Source of the DNA: a virus
Taxonomy: Duplodnaviria > Caudoviricetes
Virus record (IMG/VR): IMGVR_UViG_3300026302_000043
Location: 1 to 37,760 of that record
Direction: 5' to 3' (one strand)
DNA: 37,760 bases
The notes under the pieces were generated by a model. The model was not told the origin of the DNA. It saw nothing but the letters and a program-made list of their open reading frames with translations, and made no database searches. Both the position numbers and the translations under genes were made by a program. Below, one piece after another: positions 16,420 to 24,955 of this stretch (the stretch's first letter is position 1; the number at the start of each line of letters is the position of its first letter).

Positions 16420-16594
16420 AATCAATGCGCAGCAGCAGCAGGCGCAAATCCAGAGCCAAGCGGCAATGGTGAACCAGCAAAACGCGGTGGACGCGCAATC
16501 GGCCTCCGCTGCCGCTGCGCTGGGGCAGGCTTCGCGCAGGCGGCGCGGATCGCGTCTTCTGTCGGCCGATGGCGGTAAGGCAACCCTCGGATGA
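16361..16594 (+). CDS. Small pre-portal virion-associated protein
   Basis: MGKFVKQLMG...RRRRGSRLLS...ATLG, ATGA-coupled to portal; typical of T7-like pre-portal genes. Confidence 0.7.
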   Translation: MGKFVKQLMGKITGAPSARKINAQQQQAQIQSQAAMVNQQNAVDAQSASAAAALGQASRRRRGSRLLSADGGKATLG

Positions 16595-18192
16595 GTGCGG
16601 AAAGCGAACTCAATGCCCGGCGCAAGGCGGCATGGGCGACGAAAACGGCTTGGTCTGCGCTGACCAAGGACGCCTATGATTTCGCCATTCCGAACCGCCA
16701 GCCCGCGCAAAATCTTGGGCAGGGCAATGACCGTGCGGTGAAGCTGCATGATGCCACGGCCGCGAACCTTGTTTTTGCCTCGGCCGCGCAGCTTCGCGAT
16801 GATATCGCCCCGCCGGGCCAGCCCTTGGCGCGCCTGCGCGCCTCGCGCCTGATGCGCAAGCGGCTTCTGGCGCAAGACCCTTCCGAAAAGAGCTTCAAGG
16901 TCGTTTCCCAGCTGCTGAAAGAGGGAGATGATGTTGTCAATGCGATGTTCCTCGGCGGTGGATTTTCTTCTGCGCTGCTGGAATGCTGCATTGATGCCCA
17001 TGTCTCGACCGGCGCGCTTCTGATGCTGGAAGGCAACACGCGCGTGCCTGCGCTGTTTGCCTCGATCCCGATTGAGCAGCTGGCGGTCGAGGTCGATATG
17101 TTCGGCCGCGAAACCCTGATCATCTGGAAACAGCAGCTTTCGCGTCGGGCGATCTATGAAGCGTTCCCCAAGGCGCGCTTCTCGAAGGAATTCCTTGATG
17201 GGCTCAAGGATGATGGCTCCAAGCTGGAAGGGCTGGAACAGGTTTTTGTGCGCCGTGCCTCAGGTATGGCGTGGGATATGTATGTTTACGTCTGCGGATC
17301 GGCTGGGGCAGCGCAGGACAACGCAGCTCCTGTGCAGAAGACGGTCTTCAAGACCTGCCCCGTCATTCTCATGCCTTATCAGCGGGTTCCGGGCGAACCT
17401 TACGGCCGTGGTCCGATCCTGACCCTGCTTCCGACGATCAAGGTTCTGAACAAGACGCAGGAGCTGCAGCTCAAAGCCTTCGCAATCCAGATGCTCGGCC
17501 TGTGGATGTATCGCAAGGGCGGGGTTTTCAACCCGGATACGGCACAGGCAACGCCCGGTGCCATGTGGCAGGTGGACAATACCGGCGGCATGTTCGGTCC
17601 GGATATCGTGCGTCTTGATGCCGCCTCCGGCCGCATTGATCTGGGCGGGCAGCTGATGACCGAATTGCGCTCGCAGATTGCGGATGGGCTGCAGCGCCGC
17701 CAGATGCAGAATGAGGGGGCATCCCCCAAGTCTGCAACGGAATTCATGGTTTTCGACAAAGAGCGCGTGCGCGCCTATCGCGGTGCTTACGGCCGCATGG
17801 TCGAGGAATTCGTGCCGAAGGTCTATTGGCGCGCTGTCGAAATCGCGTTCAACCTCGGCCTGATCCCGCGAAAGCTTGAATTTGATCAGATGCTGATGCA
17901 GCTCGATGTGCTGTCGCCGCTGGCGGCGGCAGTGCGGGCGCAGCAATTCGAGCCTGCCTTGAACTATCTCAACTATCTGCACGCCACGCAGCAAGACCCC
18001 GAAGAATGGATGGACCTTGGCGGGCTGAATGAGGCGATGGCCTATGAAACCGGCGTCGTTTCCGAGTTTACGAAAACGCCGGATGAGCGCCAGCAATATC
18101 GGGCGCAGAAGGCCATGACGCAAATGGCCGCTGTTGCCGCGCAGAACCCGCCGCCCGCGCCGCCGCCTGCCCAGCCCGGAGCTGCCGCATGA
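16591..18192 (+). CDS. Portal (head-tail connector), T7 gp8-like
   Basis: HDATAA, PGEPYGRGP, KSATEF and LSPLA motifs; 533 aa. Confidence 0.92.
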   Translation: MSAESELNARRKAAWATKTAWSALTKDAYDFAIPNRQPAQNLGQGNDRAVKLHDATAANLVFASAAQLRDDIAPPGQPLARLRASRLMRKRLLAQDPSEKSFKVVSQLLKEGDDVVNAMFLGGGFSSALLECCIDAHVSTGALLMLEGNTRVPALFASIPIEQLAVEVDMFGRETLIIWKQQLSRRAIYEAFPKARFSKEFLDGLKDDGSKLEGLEQVFVRRASGMAWDMYVYVCGSAGAAQDNAAPVQKTVFKTCPVILMPYQRVPGEPYGRGPILTLLPTIKVLNKTQELQLKAFAIQMLGLWMYRKGGVFNPDTAQATPGAMWQVDNTGGMFGPDIVRLDAASGRIDLGGQLMTELRSQIADGLQRRQMQNEGASPKSATEFMVFDKERVRAYRGAYGRMVEEFVPKVYWRAVEIAFNLGLIPRKLEFDQMLMQLDVLSPLAAAVRAQQFEPALNYLNYLHATQQDPEEWMDLGGLNEAMAYETGVVSEFTKTPDERQQYRAQKAMTQMAAVAAQNPPPAPPPAQPGAAA

Positions 18193-18602
18193 CGCGCAAA
18201 GCCAAGCGCGGATCGCGCGAGCGGATCGCCGTTGCCGTTGCAACCGCCGGGCTTGACACCCGCTACCAGCTGGAAGCGCAGCGCCTTGGCGATATCGACG
18301 CCATTGATGATGCCGCAAAGGCGCTGGTTCGCGAGCAAAAGCGCGATCCGTTTCTGGATACGGTGCAGCGGCTTTTTTCGACCGATGACGGCCGCGAGTT
18401 TCTCGAATGGCTGGTGCAGCACACGCTGGCGCAGCGCGTGCGGATCATCACCACAAAGACCATGCCGCGCGAAGCCGCGCAGGACTTCGCCCTTTTCCGC
18501 GAAGGGCAGAACAGCGTTGCAGAGGCTGTCCTGTCCCTGATCAACCGCGCGAACAACGAAACGCCCGTTTCGCGCACCGACCGAATGACGGTCATTTCCT
18601 AG
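18189..18602 (+). CDS. Bbp19-like protein
   Basis: LFSTDDGREFLEWL...FREGQNSV pattern after the portal. Confidence 0.75.
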   Translation: MTRKAKRGSRERIAVAVATAGLDTRYQLEAQRLGDIDAIDDAAKALVREQKRDPFLDTVQRLFSTDDGREFLEWLVQHTLAQRVRIITTKTMPREAAQDFALFREGQNSVAEAVLSLINRANNETPVSRTDRMTVIS

Positions 18603-18611
18603 GAGGACGCC

Positions 18612-19529
18612 ATGCGATTTCTGTTCAATATGATCTGCTTTGCCCCGGAAGGAAGCGCCGGGGGCGAAGGAAATGCACCGGCCGCAGACGGTGCAGACAA
18701 GGCCGCGCCGAAGGCGAACGACGCGGCCGCTTCCGCGCCAGCGGAAGGCAAAGGCGGCGGGGACAAGCCCGATGCGGCGTCCTCCCAGAAGGCAGACCCC
18801 GCCGCCAATGCCAAGCCCCCCGGTGATCCGCTGGCCGATCTGATCGGCAGCGTTCCCGATGCCTTCCGGGGCAAGGATGCCGCTGAAACCATCCAGAAGC
18901 TCATGGAGGGCCACAAGAGCGAGCGGGCGCATATCTCGAAGTATGGCATCGCGCCGGAAAAGATCGAGGACTACGCCTATCAGCCCAGCGAAAATCTGGC
19001 GAAGGACTTTTTCACCGGATCGGATGAAGACAAAAAGCTCACCGATGCGGTGCTGACGGCTTTCCAGAAAAACGGCGTCGGGAAGATGCAGGCCACTGGC
19101 CTGATGAATGACGTGATTTCGAGCGTGGTGCAGGCGTTCGACCTGAAACCGGCCGTCAACGTGGAAAAAGAGCGTGCTGCGCTGCTGCCGGCCGATGCTA
19201 TTGGCCTGCCTGCCGCCGATCAGAAGACCGCCATTGATGCACGTATCAATGATGCGCTCGATTTCGTCAACACGCTGGAACGGCAGGGCATGGATGCCGG
19301 GGCGGTCAATGTGCTGGCCTCCATCCTGAGCGAGGCGGGCGGCGTGCGCCTTGTCGAATTCATCAAGGCGAACCTGCGTGGGGATGGCCTCGCCGTGGGT
19401 GGCTTGACCGCCGGGGCGGGTTCGCTCGCGGAGCTGGAAAAGCTCAGGCAAGACCCTCGCTACAACAACGACATGAAATTCCGGGCTGATGTGCAGTCCC
19501 GCATCCTTGCCGCCAAGGGCAAGGCTTAA
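18612..19529 (+). CDS. Capsid scaffolding/assembly protein
   Basis: Ala/Pro/Asp-rich N-terminus, APEKIEDY, C-terminal DPRY; lies between portal and capsid. Confidence 0.8.
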   Translation: MRFLFNMICFAPEGSAGGEGNAPAADGADKAAPKANDAAASAPAEGKGGGDKPDAASSQKADPAANAKPPGDPLADLIGSVPDAFRGKDAAETIQKLMEGHKSERAHISKYGIAPEKIEDYAYQPSENLAKDFFTGSDEDKKLTDAVLTAFQKNGVGKMQATGLMNDVISSVVQAFDLKPAVNVEKERAALLPADAIGLPAADQKTAIDARINDALDFVNTLERQGMDAGAVNVLASILSEAGGVRLVEFIKANLRGDGLAVGGLTAGAGSLAELEKLRQDPRYNNDMKFRADVQSRILAAKGKA

Positions 19530-19556
19530 CCCTTCTTGCCAGCAAAGGAGAATACC

Positions 19557-19868
19557 ATGGCCAAGAGCACCGAACCCGCCCCGACCGAAACCGCCGCGCC
19601 GGAACCCGAAGCGGCCGAACCCCGCGAACTCACGCTGGGCGAATACCGTGTCGGGGTTTCGTTCAACCCCTCCGGTGATGAGCTGGTGGCGAAGATCAAG
19701 GCGGATACCGCCGCCCTTCTCGATCTGATCGAGAGCATTCCGACCGATGTGACCGGCGAACACGTCTACCCCAATGTGAACATCGAACGCATCCGCCTCA
19801 AGCAGATCGCCACGCAGTATGTCGAGGATGCCGCCATGTGGGCGGTGAAGGCTGCAACCAAGCGCTGA
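19557..19868 (+). CDS. Acb2/Tad1-hairpin-like protein (candidate nucleotide-signal sponge)
   Basis: GEYRVGVSFNPSG...IK...LLDLI...RLKQIATQYVEDAAMWAVKAAT; AAGGAG RBS. Confidence 0.6.
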   Translation: MAKSTEPAPTETAAPEPEAAEPRELTLGEYRVGVSFNPSGDELVAKIKADTAALLDLIESIPTDVTGEHVYPNVNIERIRLKQIATQYVEDAAMWAVKAATKR

Positions 19869-19870
19869 CA

Positions 19871-19904
19871 GGCGCGGGTAACGGCGAGCGCGGGCCTCCA
19901 TCAT
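19871..19904 (+). promoter_or_regulatory. Candidate late promoter GGCGCGGGTAACG-N15-CATCAT
   Basis: Intergenic, directly upstream of the major capsid gene. Confidence 0.65.
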
Positions 19905-20007
19905 CCAACCAGCACTGGAATGGACCCGCGCTCTGCCTGCCTCACACCGGGGAAAGGCGTGGCTTCTGGCTCAGGGCGATTGAAACCCTTTTCCCGGAGA
20001 TACCGCC

Positions 20008-20853
20008 ATGTCGGCACCGAATATCAACAACTGGTTTCAGGAATTCTACGTTACGGACGTGAACCATGCCCTGCAGTCCGAGGGCTTCCTGACCAAGGGC
20101 ATGACCACCGATACCGATGAAGTCGATGGTTCCAAGGTTTACTGGAACCGCATCGGCACGGATGAGGTCAGCCCGCACCCCTCTGGCATTTCGCCGGTCG
20201 GCCTGATGAACCTCGCGACGGATCGCGTGTCTGCCGATATCGAGGATTTCGACGCCGACGCCGAATTCAAGGCCAAGGATAAGAACAAGTTCTCCGGCAA
20301 CCTGCAGGTGGCGCTCACCAAGAGCGGCGCGATGGCCATTGGCCGCAAGTATGACGGCTGGGCGCTCGATGCCGTCAAGAATTCCGGCTGCGAGGTAGTC
20401 GGCAATGTCGGTGATACCATCACGCTGCAGCGCACGCTGACCGGCGCGGCCAAGATCGCTGGCGCGCAGCGCGGCATGAACGAAACCTTCTGCCCGGTTC
20501 CGCCCATGCTGATGAGCAAGTTCATGCTGATCGAGCAGTTCTCGAATTCGCAGTATGTGGGCGACAACCCGCTAATGAAGAAAATGGGTGCCCGGACGTG
20601 GCTGGGCGTTACCTACTTCATCATGGAAGACAAGTTCTTCACGGACCGCGCCCCGGCCGCGAACAACATCGACCTTCCGCTGTGGACGAAATCATGTCTC
20701 GGCCGTGTCACGCAGGAGCTGGAGGGTGCGCGCCTTGACTGGCTCCCGCGCGAAAAGGCGTGGCACATCGGCCAGTCGATCTCCGGCATCGCCAAGGCGA
20801 TCCAGCCCGCAGGCATGAAGCTCATTCGCGGCCTGATGCCGACCGAAGTGTAA
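20008..20853 (+). CDS. Major capsid protein (Bbp17-like)
   Basis: WFQEFYVTDVNHALQ, AMAIGRKYD, FSNSQYVG and WLGVTY motifs; position after scaffold. Confidence 0.88.
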   Translation: MSAPNINNWFQEFYVTDVNHALQSEGFLTKGMTTDTDEVDGSKVYWNRIGTDEVSPHPSGISPVGLMNLATDRVSADIEDFDADAEFKAKDKNKFSGNLQVALTKSGAMAIGRKYDGWALDAVKNSGCEVVGNVGDTITLQRTLTGAAKIAGAQRGMNETFCPVPPMLMSKFMLIEQFSNSQYVGDNPLMKKMGARTWLGVTYFIMEDKFFTDRAPAANNIDLPLWTKSCLGRVTQELEGARLDWLPREKAWHIGQSISGIAKAIQPAGMKLIRGLMPTEV

Positions 20854-20917
20854 CGACCGGCGGCGCGCCCCGCGCGCGCCCCTCTCTCCCTTTCCCTTCT
20901 GACAGGAGAACCAATCC

Positions 20918-21199
20918 ATGTCCTTCAATGCCAAGGCGCTTGTGCGCCAAACTCAGGTTCCGATTGCGCAGCTGGACGGCAGCGCCGGGACCACGTTCTG
21001 CACCAAGTGGTTTTACGCCACGGTCGATACCTTCGCCACGGTGGCGACCGCCGGTTATTTCAACGGCGCGCGTGCGCAGCTCAAGGCTGGCGATCAGATC
21101 GAGGTTGCTTGCACCGCGAGCAACAAGGGTGGCCTCTATCAGGTGACGGCGGTTCCGGCCGTCAACAATGTGACCGTGACCCCGGCTGTTCTCGCCTGA
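20918..21199 (+). CDS. Probable capsid decoration/minor head protein
   Basis: TVATAGYFNGARAQLKAGDQI; AGGAG RBS; directly after the capsid gene. Confidence 0.65.
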   Translation: MSFNAKALVRQTQVPIAQLDGSAGTTFCTKWFYATVDTFATVATAGYFNGARAQLKAGDQIEVACTASNKGGLYQVTAVPAVNNVTVTPAVLA

Positions 21200-21247
21200 T
21201 GATCCGGGCGGCGCGGATGCCTGCGCCGCCCTTCCTTTACCTTCGCC

Positions 21248-21871
21248 ATGGGTGCTGCAATGTCGCTCGATCTGAACACCATTTCCAATCGCGCTTTTCG
21301 CATTTGCGGCCTCCCCGAAGTGGACTTCAACGCCGAAGATGAGCAGGCCGCCTTGGCCATGGCGTTGACGGAGCAAACCGTAAACGCCTGCCTTTCGCGC
21401 CAGCATTGGTCCTTTGCCACGCGCACTTTCAAGCTGGAACGCGACGATACGCAGGAATTCCGCGATGGCCGCGCCTATGCCTTCAATCTTCCCGGTGACC
21501 GCCTCTCCCCGCCGCTGCGCCTGCTGAGCGACCCGAAGGATATCCGCTCCATTGTGCGGGATTTCGGGCTGGAACAGCGCTTTGTCTATGTGGATGAAGC
21601 GGAGCTTTGGGGACGCTTCATCGTCAAGACAGACCCCGATTTGTGGCCGCCGATCTTCGTTGAGGCTGTGGTGTTCCTGCTGGCCTCGCACTATGCGCTC
21701 TCGGCGGCGCAGAAGGTGGACCTGTCACAGGAATTCGAGCGAAAGGCCGTGGGCAGCGCCCGCGAAAACGGCTGCGGCGGCTTGATGGGCCAAGCGCTGG
21801 CGCTGGACCCGACGCCTTCCAACCGCCAATCGCCGTTTGATTTCGATATCCTCAATTCCGCGCGGGGCTGA
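21248..21871 (+). CDS. Tail tubular protein A / adaptor (gp11-like)
   Basis: ISNRAF, HWSFATR, AFNLPGD and WPPIFVEAV motifs. Confidence 0.85.
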   Translation: MGAAMSLDLNTISNRAFRICGLPEVDFNAEDEQAALAMALTEQTVNACLSRQHWSFATRTFKLERDDTQEFRDGRAYAFNLPGDRLSPPLRLLSDPKDIRSIVRDFGLEQRFVYVDEAELWGRFIVKTDPDLWPPIFVEAVVFLLASHYALSAAQKVDLSQEFERKAVGSARENGCGGLMGQALALDPTPSNRQSPFDFDILNSARG

Positions 21872-21873
21872 TC

Positions 21874-24312
21874 ATGTTCAACCCCGGATCGCTCAAGACC
21901 TCGTTCAACTCCGGCGAGATTGCCCGCGAGGCGGCCGGGCGGATTGAAATCAAGTCCTATTTCTCCGGTGCTGAGCTTATGTCCCGCGTGGAGCCGGTCC
22001 CGCAGGGCGGGTTTGACCTGATGCCCGGCACGCGCATGATCGGCTTTGCGCGCGGCATCCTTGGCGAGGCGGCTTCTGTGGCGCCGGCGGTAGCGGGGGG
22101 CGCGGTCGCTTCTGGCGGCACTCTCTGCAGCGGATCGCTCGGCGCGGCACTCTCCTGTTGCGCGGTTGATTTTTCCGGGTTGACAGCATCTGTTGCCATG
22201 TCTGTCCGATTTGAATATCGGCCCGCAACATCGGGGGCATGGATCGCCCTCCCCCCCTTTTCTCTCGATGCCAAAACGCGCGTCTATCGCGCTGCCTGCG
22301 CACCGGATGCGGTTATGCTGATCCGCGAGTTTCGCCTTGTGCGTGTGGATGCCGGGGCTGCGGCGACGATAACCTGCGGTGGGACGGCCTCGCTCAAGCA
22401 TGAGACGGCGGATGCGACCGATGCGCGGCCCTTTTCGTTCCACACATCGCGCGCGAATACCTTTGATCTGTTCCTGACCGAAGGAAACTGCGACGTTTTC
22501 AAAGAGGGTGTGTTTCAGGCGGCTTTGGCGGTGCCTTATATGGCGGCCGATATCCCCGCCCTGCGGCACGATCAGCAAAAGGCGACTATGCTGATCTACC
22601 ATGAAGATCGCCCGACCCAGAAAATCCTCAAACTGGGGGATGCGGACTGGATCATTGGCGATCAGTTGTGGAGCAATGTCCCCAAGGTTGACCTTGGCGG
22701 AAGTTACACCAAAACGGCCGACAAGTGGCGCATCACGGTTATCGGTGCCCAGATTTCAACACAATGGGCGCAATCCAGCATGGAGCTGACGATTGCCGGG
22801 GAGACAACCGAAGCCGTCTCTCTCGACAAGATCGACCTTACAGCCGGTGATAGGACTGCGATTGCTGCGCTTATTCAAGCCAAAGTCGATGCGCTCGCCG
22901 GGGTTGATGCGGGTATTTCGGTTACGGCCGAAGCTGTAACTGTTGCGGGGAATTATCCCTTTGTAATCGAATTCAGCGGAACCGATAACATCGGTGAGAG
23001 GTTCGAGGTTTCCGGCCGCGTCTATGCGCCGACTGCTGTTGCGGTGAACGCCTCGCGCATCCAGAAGGCGGACGCTGGCGGAGAAGCCCTGTTCTCGCCC
23101 TCCCGCGGCTATCCGCGTGACGGAAAGATCACGGGGGCGCAGCGCCTTGTCCTGGGCGGATTTAAAGCTGAGCCAACGGCCATTCTTGCCTCCGTCCTGA
23201 ATTCATTCTTTGATCTGAATACTGAGATTGTAACGGCAGATGGTGCTGTTCTGATCCGCCCGCCCGCCTCGGATGGCGACGTGATTGAGCGCATCGTGGC
23301 GGCGCGCCACATCATGATTTTCACGCAGGACGCGGAATACTTCATTGTTGACCGCACGCTTTCCAAAACCAGTGTCCCGAACCTTGTCCAGTCCTCGCGG
23401 AACGGGTGCGCGGAGAACGTGCCGCCGATTGTCGCGGACAATGCGGTTTTCTACGTCAACCGCAACAATTCCATGGTTTACGCCTGCCAATACAACGATG
23501 TTTCCGGGGCATATGACAGCAAGCCTATTTCGCTTCTGGCTTCGCACCTGACCCGCAATATCGTGGATGCGGCCTACCAGCGCCCGACACAGGCAACCGA
23601 TGCGGGACGATATTTTCTTGTCCGGAGTGATGGCCTTCTGGTTGTCGGCTCAGTGGTGCAGGAACAGGAAATCACGGGGTTTGTGCGCTGGCCGACCGAT
23701 GGCGCAGTGATCCGGGTGGCAACAGACGTAAAGGATCGCGCACGACTGATCGTGCGCCGCCAGTGCGGAAACCGGCAACGTCTTGTGCTGGAAGAAATGG
23801 ATGAAAGTTTGTTCCTTGATGCCTGCGTGGAATGGCAGGGCGCAGCAAGCGCAACGATTTCCGGGCTTGGCGTGCACGAGGGGCGCGAGGTCTGGGCGGT
23901 GGCAGATGGCCATGTGCTCGGCCCCTTCACTGTAACCGGTGGACAGATCACGCTGGATCAGCCTGCAACCCAAGTCACGGTTGGGCGCTGGACCCCGGCG
24001 GATGCAATCACGCTGCCCGCCTCACGTGAGGTTGCGCCGAACACGGTTCTGCTGCGCGACGGGCGGATTACCGCCGTGCGCCTCTATGTGATTGACACAA
24101 CCTCAATCGCCATCGGGGCGAACGGGCAACCGCCAAAGGCCAAGTCTCTGTATCGCGCCGGGCAACCCGCCGACCTTCCTTTGGCCCCCTACACTGGAAA
24201 GCTCGATGCCGTGGCGCTGATCGGTTACCAGCGCGGCCCGCAAGTCCGGGTAACGCAGCTGAGGCCGGGTAAACTCAAGGTTCGTGATCTTGTCTATGAG
24301 CTGAAGGGGTGA
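21874..24312 (+). CDS. Tail tubular protein B / nozzle (gp12-like)
   Basis: SFNSGEI, PQGG, RGYP, LLASHL and HEGREVWAVADG motifs; 812 aa. Confidence 0.88.
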   Translation: MFNPGSLKTSFNSGEIAREAAGRIEIKSYFSGAELMSRVEPVPQGGFDLMPGTRMIGFARGILGEAASVAPAVAGGAVASGGTLCSGSLGAALSCCAVDFSGLTASVAMSVRFEYRPATSGAWIALPPFSLDAKTRVYRAACAPDAVMLIREFRLVRVDAGAAATITCGGTASLKHETADATDARPFSFHTSRANTFDLFLTEGNCDVFKEGVFQAALAVPYMAADIPALRHDQQKATMLIYHEDRPTQKILKLGDADWIIGDQLWSNVPKVDLGGSYTKTADKWRITVIGAQISTQWAQSSMELTIAGETTEAVSLDKIDLTAGDRTAIAALIQAKVDALAGVDAGISVTAEAVTVAGNYPFVIEFSGTDNIGERFEVSGRVYAPTAVAVNASRIQKADAGGEALFSPSRGYPRDGKITGAQRLVLGGFKAEPTAILASVLNSFFDLNTEIVTADGAVLIRPPASDGDVIERIVAARHIMIFTQDAEYFIVDRTLSKTSVPNLVQSSRNGCAENVPPIVADNAVFYVNRNNSMVYACQYNDVSGAYDSKPISLLASHLTRNIVDAAYQRPTQATDAGRYFLVRSDGLLVVGSVVQEQEITGFVRWPTDGAVIRVATDVKDRARLIVRRQCGNRQRLVLEEMDESLFLDACVEWQGAASATISGLGVHEGREVWAVADGHVLGPFTVTGGQITLDQPATQVTVGRWTPADAITLPASREVAPNTVLLRDGRITAVRLYVIDTTSIAIGANGQPPKAKSLYRAGQPADLPLAPYTGKLDAVALIGYQRGPQVRVTQLRPGKLKVRDLVYELKG

Positions 24313-24315
24313 ACC

Positions 24316-24954
24316 ATGGCCGAAGTTGCGGCAGCTGCATTTTCTGCTTTGACCTCTACGCTGACGAGCGCCGGTTCTGCCATGTCTTCGGCATTGGGTT
24401 TCGGCGGCTCGGCCGCTGCAGCCGCTGGCGCGCCGTTAAACCTGACAGCCGGGGCGGCAGGTGCAGCCTCCAGCGCTGGCCTATTCGGAGGGGCATCTTC
24501 TTGGCTCACGCTCTTACAGGGCGGGGCTACCGGGCTTTCCATGCTGTCCACTCTGCAAGGTGCAGGCGAGAAATCGGATAGCCTGAAATCTGCTGCGCTC
24601 GATGCCGAAAACCAGATCGGGTTGGAACGTATCGCTGGGCAACAACGCCAGTCCTCGCTGAAAAAGCAGACGGCCAACCAGATCGCGGAGCGCGACCAAG
24701 CCTATGCGGCCTCCGGGGTTGACCTGTCTTTTGGCACCCCGCAGATCGCCAAAGAGCAGGATATTGCGGATAGCGAGCGCGCGCTGTCCATCGACCAAAA
24801 CAACACTGATCAGCAGGTGCAGCGCCTGCAGGAGCGCGCGGCGGAATTCCGGCGCTCGGCCGCCAGCGCGCGGCGCGCTGGGACCATGAAAGCGGTGCTG
24901 ACGGGGCTTGACGGCGTGCTTGGGGTCAAGCGGCGCGGCAACACGGGGATTTAA
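24316..24954 (+). CDS. Internal virion/ejection protein (gp14-like)
   Basis: Ala/Gly/Ser-rich N-terminus; AYAASGVDLSFGTP motif. Confidence 0.75.
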   Translation: MAEVAAAAFSALTSTLTSAGSAMSSALGFGGSAAAAAGAPLNLTAGAAGAASSAGLFGGASSWLTLLQGGATGLSMLSTLQGAGEKSDSLKSAALDAENQIGLERIAGQQRQSSLKKQTANQIAERDQAYAASGVDLSFGTPQIAKEQDIADSERALSIDQNNTDQQVQRLQERAAEFRRSAASARRAGTMKAVLTGLDGVLGVKRRGNTGI

Positions 24955-24955
24955 G

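Noticed and set aside
20849..20880. GTGTAACGACC as another late promoter
   Set aside because: Lacks the GCGGG part and the spaced hexamer; more likely part of a GC hairpin after the capsid gene
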